Below are positions 51,010 through 63,296 of a stretch of 64,000 bases of DNA, one piece after another; positions within the stretch are counted from its first letter, which is position 1; the number at the start of each line of letters is the position of its first letter. Made by a program: the position numbers and the translations under genes. A model generated the notes under the pieces. It did no database searches. It was not told where the DNA came from and worked only from the letters and a program-made list of their open reading frames with translations. Source of the DNA: Eledone cirrhosa (lineage: Eukaryota); contig OZ024742.1 of assembly GCA_964016885.1 (NCBI GenBank), positions 241,242,001 through 241,306,000 of the forward strand. Reading direction: 5' to 3'.

Positions 51010-54000
51010 TGTAGCAAGAGTTGCCTCCGTTGTCATGACAAACTCATCACCGCTCTCTAGACAGGAAGTAGCTGGAGTTGCTTCCTTTGGGGGTGATAGA
51101 ACCCTGTTGGTCACTTCCGGTCGGACCCTATAGAAGGAACAGGTTAGGACGATCTCCCTCTGTCGCCTCCTGAATCCCAAAGTGTTAACAACACCTGCGA
51201 CCTTGTCATGAGATGATTCCTTTCTCATAATCCTTCGCCACCAAGAAGAATGCAACCGGCAGCCTAAGAGTTCAAGCTATACAGGAGTTACCTCCGCCTA
51301 CTACACTTCACCAGTTGCGTCACTTCTTAGGCCTAATCAATTTCTATAGGCGTTTCGTTCCTCATTGTGCTAATTTGCTATCTTCCCTTACTGACATTTT
51401 AAAAAATCGTCGTAAGAAGAATGAGGATATTTCCTTGACACAAGGACAGCTTCAGGACTTCCAGACTGCCAAGACAGCACTCGCTAGTTCATCTTTGCTA
51501 GCCCACCCGGTACTAGAGGCCAAGCTTTGCTTTGTATTGATGCATCTGATACCGCTGTGGGAGCAGTTTTACAGCAGTTCAACGCTGGAAACCAACAACC
51601 TTTGGCATTTTTCTCGAGGAAGCTGAAACCAGCAGAAACGCGTTATAGCACGTTTGGGCGGGAATTATTAGCCATATATCTGTCGGTGAAACATTTCTCT
51701 CATATTCTTGAGGGGAGAAATTTTACAGTTTTTACCGACCACAAACCGTTGAGCTTCGCTTTGAGGGCCAAAGCCGACAGATATTCGCCCAGAGAGACAA
51801 GGCACCTGGACTACGTTTCACAATTTACAAACGATATCCAGCACATTGCCGGCTCGCACAACATAGCTGCAGACGCACTGTCACGTTTGCCAATCAGCTC
51901 CATCTCGTCATCCCAGGAGATCGACTTAGGTCGTTTAGCTGCAGACCAACCTGCACTCCAATCGTTGGACACTCTTTCTGCTGAATTTGCGACTTGCATT
52001 TTCAAATATCTGCCCTTGTTCACCACAGACAGGCAGATTCTATGTGATGTATCTACGGATTCACCACGACCACTTGTTCCTGAGACTCACCGTCGAATTG
52101 TGTTCCTGGCTTTGCACAACATTTCTCACCAGGATCTGCTGCCACAGTAAAGCTCATAACAGCCAGATTCTTCTGGCCAAATATGAGGCGCGACATTGCT
52201 GCTTGGTGCCGTTCCTGCATCGCTTGCCAGAAATCGAAAATCCATAGACACATCCGGACTCCACTTGGTACTTTCAGTACTCCTGATGCTCGGTTTCATC
52301 ACATACACATTGACCTCGTTGGACCTTGGCCATTCAGCAGTGGATATTCATACATATTGACCTGTGTCGATCGTTTTTCGCGATGGCTTGAAGCCATCCC
52401 CTTACAAGACATGACTGTAGCACGTTCCCTGGTATCAGGGTGGATTACCCGCTTTGGGGTACCAACTACACTCACCACAGACCGTGGTAGACAATTCGAG
52501 TCCCATCTCTTCTCTGAGCTCACAAAGATAATTGGAGCTCAACGGATTCGGACCACAGCCTATCATCCTGCTTCAAATGGAATGGTGGAACGATTCCACC
52601 GCCAATTAAAGGCCGCTCTTCGCGCCTATCCAGACTCTCAACGTTGGAGCGAGTACCTTCCTATTGTGTTGTTAGGAATTCGGTCATCAATAAAGGAGGA
52701 CCTTGGGTTCTCCCCGGCCGAATTACTTTACGGTGCTCCTCTAGCGTTGCCTGGGCAAATGCTTGCCCCTGTTGATCTTGCTTTCCAAGATCCGCTTTCC
52801 TACATATCCCGTCTGCGTTCTTATTTTCAGGACCTGCCGCCGATGGATACGAGGAAACAAACTGTAAAACCTGCGGTCCCGAGGGATGTTGCCTCGTGGA
52901 CCCATGTGTTCGTAAGGAACGATGCTGTGAGACCACCCCTCACACAACCATACTCTGGACCCTACCGTGTGTTAGCACGTACTGACAAACATTTAACTGT
53001 AGACGTTAAGGGGTCCAGAGAGACATTTTCGGTGGATAGACTAAAAAGGGCACACAATGACGCTCATACACCCGAGCCACAAATACCCCAATCTTTCTCT
53101 CCTGTGCATACACCTGCTCCTTCTGCTCCACCTTCACCTACATACAAGACTACGACCCGTTCCGGTCGGAGAGTCCACTGGCCCAAAAAGTTCTGCCAAA
53201 CCATTTTTATGTGAACTGGCCACTGGAGCCTTATTTTTTTAATTTTTGCTGTTCTTGTTATTTATTTCTTTATTGTATTACTATGTACCTCTCATTACCA
53301 TTTCACTGGATGTATATATATGTTTTTCGTTTCTTCTTACAACGAACATTTTAAAAGAAAAAAAAAAAAGAAATTTGATTTTTTTTTTACACATTTCAAC
53401 ATGAACACTTATTTTCGCTGAATCTCAACTATTCCTTATTCTTTCCACCAAGCTATATTCTTCTATTTGCCGGTTTAAAAATTTACCACGTAAATTTGCC
53501 GTTGAAAACTGCGCATTTATTCAGAATGCTTATTTCTCTGGTCGCTGGCCTCGTGACACTTCCAGGTCAACGCATTCACAACATCAACAACAACAACACA
53601 GCTTCATCAACAACCAAAACCAGCAGAACAAGCCAGAGAATTTATTTCTGCAGCACTCTTCCTGTGAGAAATTCCCTTCGGAAGTTGGAAATTTCACGTT
53701 ATACCACAGACCAGAAACCACCTGCATTCATTCTCTGGAACACATTCTTTCCTGCTGTCATGTGATTGCACACATGTGAACTGTATTTTGAACATTTGAA
53801 CTTTGACCTCTTCTCTTACTTTGATTACATTGTATCATAATTTTCATGCCTCTTACATGCTCGCCATCTTATTCCATGCATGTTTCATTCGATTTTTATG
53901 TTTTAAAAATCTGGCTGGGGATAATGTAGCAAGAGTTGCCTTCCTTGTCATGACAATCTCATCACCGCTCTTTAGACAGGAAGTAGCTGGAGTTGCTTCC

Positions 54001-54325
54001 CTTTGGGGGTGATAGAACCCTGTTGGTCACTTCCGGTCGGACCCTATAAAAGGAACAGGTTAGGACGATCTCCCTCCGTCGCCTCCTGAATCCCAAAGTG
54101 TTAACAACATCTGCGACCTTGTCATGAGATGATTCCTTTCTCATAATCCTTCGCCACCAAGAAGAATGCAACCGACAACCTAAGAGCCTAAGAAGATGTT
54201 AACACCTCCAAGAGAAGATCTCTGTTCTTCTCCACACACTTCAGCCTAGGAGTTGTGACCCACGGGTAATGATTCATTTATATTAATCCCTTTGACTTCT
54301 GTGAAGTAAAAACCTTGTCACAACA
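51010..54325 (+). mobile_element. Gypsy/Ty3 LTR retrotransposon with gag-PR-RT deleted
   Basis: LTR tgtagcaagagttgcc... at 51010 (truncated ~51270) and at 53925; PPT-like ctggctggggataa; the right end is approximate. Confidence 0.88.
51272..53214 (+). pseudogene. Gypsy pol remnant: connection, RNase H, integrase
   Basis: [84 protein letters not shown]; two frameshifts. Confidence 0.9.
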
Positions 54326-54559
54326 CATATCGGCATTTATTGTCTTTTCTAATAGTTTTATATGTACACCGATACTAATCTCCTAAATTCTTTTAATATT
54401 TTATTCTTTTACTGATTGGTTTCAGTCATTTGACTGCAGCCCTGTGGGGCAATACTTTAAAACAGGGAATTTAGTTGAATATATTGACCCTAGTACTTAT
54501 TGTTTTAAGGTCTAGTATTTGTTTTATCGATCTTTATTTAACCAACCGCTATGTTATGG

Positions 54560-54651
<92 letters not shown>

Positions 54652-54763
54652 AAGAGGAAAAAATGAGGGCGAAAGAGAGCGTGCCTGAGAAAGAGACTTG
54701 CCATGATATTGGGAATAAAGCCAATGGTGCATGATGCCATAAAATGTAAAATTATGTACAGAT

Positions 54764-54791
54764 CTACTACTACTACTACTACTACTACTAG

Positions 54792-54856
<65 letters not shown>

Positions 54857-54952
54857 GTGCTGCTATTACTGCTGCTACTGCTACTACTACTACTACTGCT
54901 GCTGCTTCTTCTGCTACTGCTACTACTACTGCTGCTGCTACTGCTGCTGCTG

Positions 54953-55021
<69 letters not shown>

Positions 55022-55058
55022 ATAATAATAATAATAATATAATAATAATAATAATAAT
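54764..55058. repeat. Compound (CTA)n/(CTG)n/(TAA)n microsatellite
   Basis: Directly visible. Confidence 0.95.
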
Positions 55059-55884
55059 ATTTTTCACTGATTCCAACATTAACCTAACAGCGTGTCTCTG
55101 CTTAGCTCTAGTTCCGTTCTGATTAGCATAACTAAGATGAAAGTTGTTCCGCCATTAATTTATGTGTTTATTCTATCTAATGTAATTTTCGTTAGCTTTT
55201 TAAGGATTACTCAGGTGCTACTTCTTGTAGATCGAACGATGAAATCACTTGTGTTCGATAGCTTTTTAAGGACAACACAGATGATACTTTTTGTAGATCG
55301 AACTAGCAATTCAGTTGTGATCGATAGCTTTTTAAAGATAACATAGTTGCTACTTCTTGTAGATTGTAGAAACAATGTTGGAAATTCATCCGATAGACTG
55401 TACTTGTAATTCAAAAGGCCAGTCTTTTTACACGCCGTGTCACGCTGAATTTCCTTGGGGATTACATAGTTGTGGAATGCTCAATCGCTTACAATGTCAA
55501 CTCAATGTTATGAGTAGGCTGTTCTGTTGATCGAACAATTGGAACACTCATCGTAGAAACCGAAGGTGGTACATTTGATGTCATGTTGGTAGTGGCAAAT
55601 GATTGGAAGAGTGATAAAAAGAAAGACGAATATGTCGAGATGGAAACAGTTGTATTGCTTGTTGATAGGGTGGAGTGGGGATAAATCAATTAAAGAGATA
55701 ACGGGTAAGACTAAAAAGATATTAGATGATAGCAAAGCAGACAAAATAGGCCAGATATGTAGATATATGTTGTTGTTATTGTTGTTGTTGTTGTTAGTGC
55801 TGTTGATGATTGTGTCCATAGTGCTAGTGGTGGTGACGATAGTTCTCGGAGCATTGATGATAGTGGAGACGATGGCGCTACGAC

Positions 55885-56265
55885 TGTGGTGTTGGTGAGG
55901 GTGGTGGTGGTGGTGGTGGTGGTAGTGGTGGTGGTAGTGCTGGTGCTGGTGCTGGTTGTGGTAACAGTGGTAGTGGTGGTGGTGTTGTTGTTTTATGGTG
56001 GTGGTGCTGCTGCTGGTGCTGGTAATGGTGGTAGTGGGGGTGGTGGTGGTGGTGTTGGGGCTGCTGCTGGTGCTGGTGGTGGTAATAGTGGTGGTGATGG
56101 TGAGGTTAGTTCTCGGGGCATTGTTGAAAATGGAAACGATGGCAGTAACTATGGTGGTGGAGGTGATGGTGGTAGTGATGGTTCTGGTGGTGGTGGTAAT
56201 GATGGTGGTGGTGGTGGTGGGGAGGGGGGGGGGGTAATGTTGGTATTAGTGGTAGTGCTGGTGGG
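55885..56265. repeat. Degenerate (GGT)n repeat
   Basis: Directly visible. Confidence 0.9.
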
Positions 56266-56397
56266 AAGAAATATTAGATGCCTAACCAAGATAATGTCAT
56301 CAGTGTAAGACGGTGAAAGAGTAAGAAATTAGAAGGGAACAAACTGAAATAGAAAAAAAGATTAGTATGCGAAGTATGAATAGAGAAAGAGAGGCAA

Positions 56398-56434
<37 letters not shown>

Positions 56435-56466
56435 AAGACAGAGAGAGAGAAAGGGGAGAGAGAGAA

Positions 56467-56530
<64 letters not shown>

Positions 56531-56560
56531 TAAAGGGAGTATGGAAAGTGAAAGAAAAAT

Positions 56561-56749
56561 TGTTTCTACTTTTGGTACAAGGTCAGCAATTAGCCTAGTA
56601 CGCTACTGGTACTTTATTTTATCGACCCCGAAAGGATGAAAGGCATAATTAACCTCAGCGGGATTTGAACTCATACCATAAAGGGCCGTAACTCTTTGCT
56701 GCAAAGCATGGTGTCCGACCCTCTACCGATACTGCCAATCTACTGCCCT
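56561..56749 (-). mobile_element. SINE S1 with ~19-bp TSD
   Basis: TSD tggaaagtgaaagaa(a/t)aat at 56542-56560 and 56750-56768. Confidence 0.85.
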
Positions 56750-56825
56750 TGGAAAGTGAAAGAATAATGAGAATGAATGAGGGTGAGCAGAGAACAAGAG
56801 AAAGAGAGCGAGTATGAGCAATAAC

Positions 56826-57010
56826 TGTTTCTACATTTATAATTGATGGCACAAGGCCAGCAATTTGAATGGAAGAGAAAAATTGAATAAATCAATCCCA
56901 GTGCGTTACTAGTACTTTATTTTATAGACCCCTTAAGGATGAAAAGCAAAGATAATCTCGGCGTGATTTGATGTCCCATGCCCTACGGATCTACCAATCC
57001 ACCGCCCTTG
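56826..57010 (-). mobile_element. SINE S1 (older, internally deleted)
   Basis: Family sequence. Confidence 0.75.
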
Positions 57011-57050
57011 GCAAACCAATAATAATTGCGAAAAAATAACAGAAAGAAGG

Positions 57051-57079
<29 letters not shown>

Positions 57080-57084
<5 letters not shown>

Positions 57085-57206
57085 AGATTTGAATGGATAC
57101 AGTTTAGTTGAAAGGAATTTATTGACACGTGTTTCTATAACAGTTACATAACCTAAAACAGCTGCTATCTACATTCTATATTTATATTACAATACAACGG
57201 AAAATA

Positions 57207-57211
<5 letters not shown>
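57080..57211. mobile_element. Tiny Penelope family A insertion (inverted pLTR end + 3' extension)
   Basis: 57080-57172 matches 8606-8699; 57178-57211 is the reverse complement of 8494-8527. Confidence 0.75.
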
Positions 57212-57253
<42 letters not shown>

Positions 57254-57317
57254 CCTTGAGCCAATCCTCTGCGAAACGCGCGTAACAGGTTGATATACAA
57301 TATAATATATTTTATAT

Positions 57318-57466
57318 GTAAACGAAACTGCCTCGTTTTTTCTAGGAGTAACTATAGAGGCATTAAATTAATTGATTTTCTATTATATATATATATATAT
57401 ATATAATAGAAAATCGATTAATTTAATGCCTCTATAGTTACTCCTAGAAAAAAACGAGGCAGTTTC

Positions 57467-57472
<6 letters not shown>
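57318..57472. repeat. Tail-to-tail inverted repeat (~67-bp arms) centred on (TA)n
   Basis: taaacgaaactgcctcg...ttttcta mirrored by tagaaaa...cgaggcagtttcgttta; upstream GAAAC-gcgc-GTA resembles a hammerhead 3' half. Confidence 0.75.
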
Positions 57473-57541
<69 letters not shown>

Positions 57542-57728
57542 ATAACAAGGTATCGTTTAAGGTAATCCAGTTAGAGGTTGCGAGTACTCTGTTCTATGGA
57601 TAGTTTTAGTGACGCAATTTCTAGCAATTACCGGCCTTTAGACTCACCTGATCAATGAAACAATTGTTAATACTGTAAATATACCCCTTTTGTACAGCCG
57701 CCCATGTTATTCTTCACTCTTTCATTAT

Positions 57729-57786
<58 letters not shown>

Positions 57787-57788
<2 letters not shown>

Positions 57789-57937
57789 CGAAGGAAATGT
57801 GGTAAGGAACCAGATGGATCATAACGCACCAAAGTACTCAATACTTAGGGTAGTAGAGTGGGTAATAGGAACGAGTGGGACCGAGAATTAGCCGTCGAAA
57901 CGGCTTGAGCTCAGCCGTCGGGGTCCCACTCGTTCTT
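57787..57937 (-). mobile_element. Fold-back family C element
   Basis: Homologous to 44521-44716; short terminal fold-back gaacgagtgggacc/ggtcccactcgttc. Confidence 0.7.
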
Positions 57938-58513
57938 ATATATATAGAGAGAGAGAGATAGAGGGAGTGATGGGAGCAAGAGAGGAGAAGACAGAAACAG
58001 ACATACTGGGAGAGGAAAGTGGAAACAAAGTCTAAGATGTTAAGAAGAAAAGACGTTTTTAAAGTTTTGATATCAACTTGTTAGTGGTAGGGGAGTGAGG
58101 AAGAGGGGTAGAGGATTGGGGTAAGGGGATGAGCACAATAAAAGAACAAGTTCGTACTTGGACCCCGTACAGCCGAGCTCCTCCGTAAGATCGGAACGTC
58201 GGCGGCCCGTCTGAGGAAAGAGCCCCGTGAGGTTGGGTGGCTGTTGCAGCGAGTGTAACTGGCCATTGTGCACGGGAGTGCTTTTGCATGCTTGTCCGCG
58301 AGGCGCAGCCCTTATTCCCCCTTGCCCAAGGCCCAAAGCCCAATCATCCTCTCCTTTCACCCCTCCCCTCTCTTCTGCAACACCAGAGTTCTTGCCATCC
58401 CCTCCCCTTCTCGTCCCTTTTTCTTTCTTTTTCTCTTTTTTCTCTATATTTTCCTTTTTCTTTTTTTCTTTTGTTTCCTTTTCTTTTTTATTATTGTTGT
58501 CATTATTATTGAA

Positions 58514-58923
58514 TTAGCAGTACCGTAAAGGGCCGTACCTCTGAGGGTCTGACGCCATGCTTTGCAGCATAGAGTTACGATCTTTTACGGTCTGAGTTCA
58601 AATCCCGCCGAGGTTAACTTTGCCTTTCATCCTTACGGAGTCGATAAAATAAAGTACCAGTAATGCATTGGGTTCGATTTAATCGAATTTCCCCTCCCCA
58701 AAATTACTGGCCTTGTGTCTATTTTAGAAATCATTATTGGGATTGGCAGTATCGGTCGAGGGTCGGACGCCATGCTTTGACGCATTGAGTTACGGCCCTT
58801 GCCATTCTGAGTTCAAATCCCGCCGAGGTTGACTTTGCCTTTCATCCTTACGGGGTCGATAAAATAAAGTACCAGTAATGCACTGAATATTTGCTGGCCT
58901 TGTGCCTAAAGTAGAAACAATTA
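58514..58923 (+). mobile_element. Two tandem SINE S1 copies (58514-58737, 58738-58923)
   Basis: Both have B box gagttcaaatcc and the CORE-like body. Confidence 0.85.
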
Positions 58924-59019
58924 TTTACTGTCAATAAAAGTATGAGAATGAAATATGTTTTCTTTTAAAGGACGTAGAGAGAAAGAGAACAGTGAAATGA
59001 ATGTGTGAATGTGATGGGT

Positions 59020-61907
59020 GAGACAGAGTGGTGGGGGTTATAGAGGAGAGAGTGGTAGAGGTTATAGAGGAGAGAGTGGTAGAAGTTATAGAGGAGAGAG
59101 TGGTGGGGGTTATAGAGGAGAGAGTGGTAGAGGTTATAGAGGAGAGAGTGGTAGAAGTTATAGAGGAGAGAGTGGTAGAAGTTATAGAGGAGAGAGTGGT
59201 AGAAGTTATAGAGGAGAGAGTGGTAGAGGTTATAGAGGAGAGAGTGGTAGAGGTTATAGAGGAGAGAGTGGTAGAGGTTATAGAGGAGAGAGTGGTAGAG
59301 GTTATAGAGGAGAGAGTGGTAGAGGTTATAGAGGAGAGAGTGGTAGAGGTTATAGAGGAGAGAGTTGTAGAGGTTATAGAGGAGAGAGTGGTAGAAGTTA
59401 TAGAGGAGAGAGTGGTAGAGGTTATAGAGGAGAGAGTGGTAGAGGTTATAGAGGAGAGAGTGGTAGAAGTTATAGATGACAGAGTGGTAGAGGTTATAGA
59501 GGAGAGAGTGGTAGAGGTTATAGAGGAGAGAGTGGTAGAAGTTATAGAGGAGAGAGTGGTAGAGGTTACAGAGGAGAGAGTGGTAGAAGTTATAGAGGAG
59601 AGAGTGGTAGAAGTTATAGAGGAGAGAGTGGTAGAGGTTATAGAGGAGAGAGTGGTAGAGGTTATAGAGGAGAGAGTGGTAGAAGTTATAGAGGACAGAG
59701 TGGTAGAGGTTATAGAGGAGAGAGTGGTAGAGGTTATAGAGGAGAGAGTGGTAGAGGTTATAGAGGAGAGTGTGGTAGAGGTTATAGAGGAGAGAGTTGT
59801 AGAGGTTATAGAGGAGAGAGTGGTAGAAGTTATAGAGGAGAGAGTGGTAGAGGTTATAGAGGAGAGAGTGGTAGAACTTATAGAGGACAGAGTGGTAGAA
59901 GTTATAGAGGAGAGAGTGGTAGAGGTTATAGAGGAGAGAGTGGTAGAAGTTATAGAGGAGAGAGTGGTAGAAGTTATAGAGGAGAGAGTGGTAGAAGTTA
60001 TAGAGGAGAGAGTGGTAGAGGTTATAGAGGAGAGAGTGGTAGAAGTTATAGAGGACAGAGTGGTAGAAGTTATAGAGGAGAGAGTGGTAGAGGTTATAGA
60101 GGAGAGAGTGGTAGAATTTATAGAGGAGAGAGTGGTAGAAGTTATAGAGGACAGAGTGGTAGAAGTTATAGAGGAGAGAGTGGTAGAAGTTATAGAGGAC
60201 AGAGTGGTAGAAGTTATAGAGGAGAGAGTGGTAGAGGTTATAGAGGAGAGAGTGGTAAAGATTATAGAGGAGAGAGTGGTAGAGGTTATAGAGGAGAGAG
60301 TGGTAGAGGTTATAGAGGAGAGAGTGGTAGAGGTTATAGAGGAGAGAGTGGTAGAGGTTATAGAGGAGAGAGTTGTAGAGGTTATAGAGGAGAGAGTGGT
60401 AGAGGTTATAGAGGAGAGAGTGGTAGAGGTTATAGAGGAGAGAGTGGTAGAGGTTATAGAGGAGAGAGTGGTAGAGGTTATAGAGGAGAGAGTGGTAGAA
60501 GTTATAGAGGAGAGAGTGGTAGAGTTTATAGAGGAGAGAGTGGTAGAAGTTATAGAGGAGAGAGTGGTAGAAGTTATAGAGGAGAGAGTGGTAGAAGTTA
60601 TAGAGGAGAGAGTGGTAGAGGTTATAGAGGACAGAGTGGTAGAAGTTATAGAGGAGAGAGTGGTAGAGGTTATAGAGGAGAGAGTGGTAGAGGTTATAGA
60701 GGAGAGAGTGGTAGAGGTTATAGAGGAGAGAGTGGTAGAGGTTATAGAGGAGAGAGTTGTAGAGGTTATAGAGGAGAGAGTGGTAGAAGTTATAGAGGAG
60801 AGAGTGGTAGAGGTTATAGAGGAGAGAGTGGTAGAGGTTATAGAGGAGAGAGTGGTAGAGGTTATAGAGGAGAGAGTGGTAGAGGTTATAGAGGAGAGAG
60901 TGGTAGAGGTTATAGAGGAGAGAGTGGTAGAGGTTATAGAGGAGAGAGTGGTAGAGGTTATAGAGGAGAGAGTGGTAGAGGTTATAGAGGAGAGAGTGGT
61001 AGAGGTTATAGAGGAGAGAGTGGTAGAGGTTATAGAGGAGAGAGTGGTAGAGGTTATAGAGGAGAGAGTGGTAGAGGTTATAGAGGAGAGAGTGGTAGAA
61101 CTTATAGAGGACAGAGTGGTAGAAGTTATAGAGGAGAGAGTGGTAGAGGTTATAGAGGAGAGAGTGGTAGAGGTTATAGAGGAGAGAGTGGTAGAAGTTA
61201 TAGAGGAGAGAGTGGTAGAGTTTATAGAGGAGAGAGTGGTAGAAGTTATAGAGGAGAGAGTGGTAGAAGTTATAGAGGAGAGAGTGGTAGAGGTTATAGA
61301 GGTGAGAGTGGTAGAGGTTATAGAGGAGAGAGTGGTAGAATTTATAGAGGAGAGAGTGGTAGAAGTTATAGAGGACAGAGTGGTAGAAGTTATAGAGGAG
61401 AGAGTGGTAGAAGTTATAGAGGACAGAGTGGTAGAAGTTATAGAGGAGAGAGTGGTAGAGGTTATAGAGGAGAGAGTGGTAGAGGTTATAGAGGAGAGAG
61501 TGGTAGAGGTTATAGAGGAGAGAGTGGTAGAGGTTATAGAGGAGAGAATGGTAGAGGTTATAGAGGAGAGAGTGGTAGAGGTTATAGAGGAGAGAGTGGT
61601 AGAGGTTATAGAGGAGAGAGTGGTAGAAGTTATAGAGGAGAGAGTGGTAGAAGTTATAGAGGAGAGAGTGGTAGAGGTTATAGAGGAGAGAGTGGTAGAA
61701 GTTATAGAGGAGAGAGTGGTAGAAGTTATAGAGGACAGAGTGGTAGAGGTTATAGAGGAGAGAGTGGTAGAGGTTATAGAGGAGAGAGTGGTAGAAGTTA
61801 TAGAGGACAGAGTGGTAGAAGTTATAGAGGAGAGAGTGGTAGAGGTTATAGAGGAGAGAGTGGTAGAGGTTATAGAGGAGAGAGTGGTAGAGGTTATAGA
61901 GGAGAGC
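59020..61907. repeat. 24-bp minisatellite (agtggtagaggttatagaggagag)n, ~120 units
   Basis: Directly visible; produces the VVEVIEER and SSITSTTL repeat ORFs. Confidence 0.97.
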
Positions 61908-61956
61908 GAGAAGATACAGTGAAACTGATTGAGATTCTTAATAGAAGTAAAAAATA

Positions 61957-62353
61957 AGAGAGAGAGAGTGTGTGTGTGTGTGTGAAAGAGAGAGAGAGAG
62001 TGTGAAAGTGAGTGAGAGAGAGAGAGAGTGAGAGAGAGGGTGAGAGATTGGGAGAAAGAGTGTGTGTGTGTAGGAGAGTGAGAGAGAGAGTACGAGAGAG
62101 AGAGTATGAGAGAGAGTGAGTGAGGGTGGGAGAGAGTGTGAGAGAGAGTGAGTGAGGGTGGGAGGAGTGGGAGATAGTGTGTGTGTGTGTCTGAAAAAGA
62201 GAGAGAATGTATGAGAGAATTTGAGAGAGGGTGTGTGTGAAAGAGAGAGAGAGTGTGTGAGAGTGAGAGTGAGAGAGATGGTGAGAGAGTGTGTGAGAGA
62301 ATGAGAGAGAGAGAGAGAAGTTGGGAGACATGGTGAGAGAGTGTGTGAGAGGT

Positions 62354-62411
<58 letters not shown>

Positions 62412-62808
62412 TGAGAGAGTGCGTGAGAGGTTGAGAGAGAGAGAGAGAAGTTGGGAGACATGGTGAGAGAGTGTGTGAGAGGTTGAGAGAGAGAGATGGT
62501 GAGAGAGTGTGTGAGAGAATGAGAGAGAGAGAGAGAAGTTGGGAGACATGGTGAGAGAGTGTGTGAGAGTTTGAGAGAGAGAGAGAGAGAGAGAGTGTGT
62601 GAGAGGTTGAGAGAGAGAGAGAGATGGTGAGAGAGTGCGTGAGAGGTTGAGAGAGAGAGAGAGATGGTGAGAGAGTGCGTGAGAGGCTGAGAGAGAGAGA
62701 GAGATGGTGAGAGAGTGTGTGAGAGGTTGAGAGAGAGAGAGAGAGTGCGTGAGAGAGTGTGTGAGAGGTTGAGAGAGAGAGAGAGAGATGGTGAGAGAGT
62801 GTGTGAGA

Positions 62809-62849
<41 letters not shown>

Positions 62850-62890
62850 TGAGAGAGAGAGATTGCGTGAGAGAATGAGAGAGAGAGAAA
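61957..62890. repeat. Complex (GA)n/GT-rich repeat with higher-order units
   Basis: Recurrent atggtgagagagtgtgtgagaggtt(ga)n blocks. Confidence 0.85.
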
Positions 62891-63296
62891 CAGAAAAATC
62901 AGTGTGAGTATGCGAGTGACTATTTATGAATGGTCTTCGAGTGTGAGAAAGAGTTGGAGTCAAATCGATAGACAAAGCTCAGTGTTAGAAGACAGAGTAA
63001 ATATGGAAGACAGATGCACTGATCCGTTGAACGGTCAGAGAGAGGGGCAGAAGTTGCAGACGATAGAACGTTAACTGTAATAACGAATGATAGATAGAGA
63101 GAAAGTAAGAGGTAAAGAGATAGATGAGATAAGAAAAAGCGCGGGAGATATCAAGTCAGAGAGAAGGGGTGGGTGGATGACAGAGAGAATGATAAAGAGT
63201 GAGAGAGAGAGAGAAAGAGGGGAGAGAGCGAATGATAGAGAGTGAGAGAGAGAAAGAAAGATAGAGAGTGAGAGAGAAAGATAGATAGATAGATAT

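Noticed and set aside
54549-56308. Poly-Thr/Ala/Val/Gly ORFs
   Set aside because: Trinucleotide microsatellite translations without gene structure.
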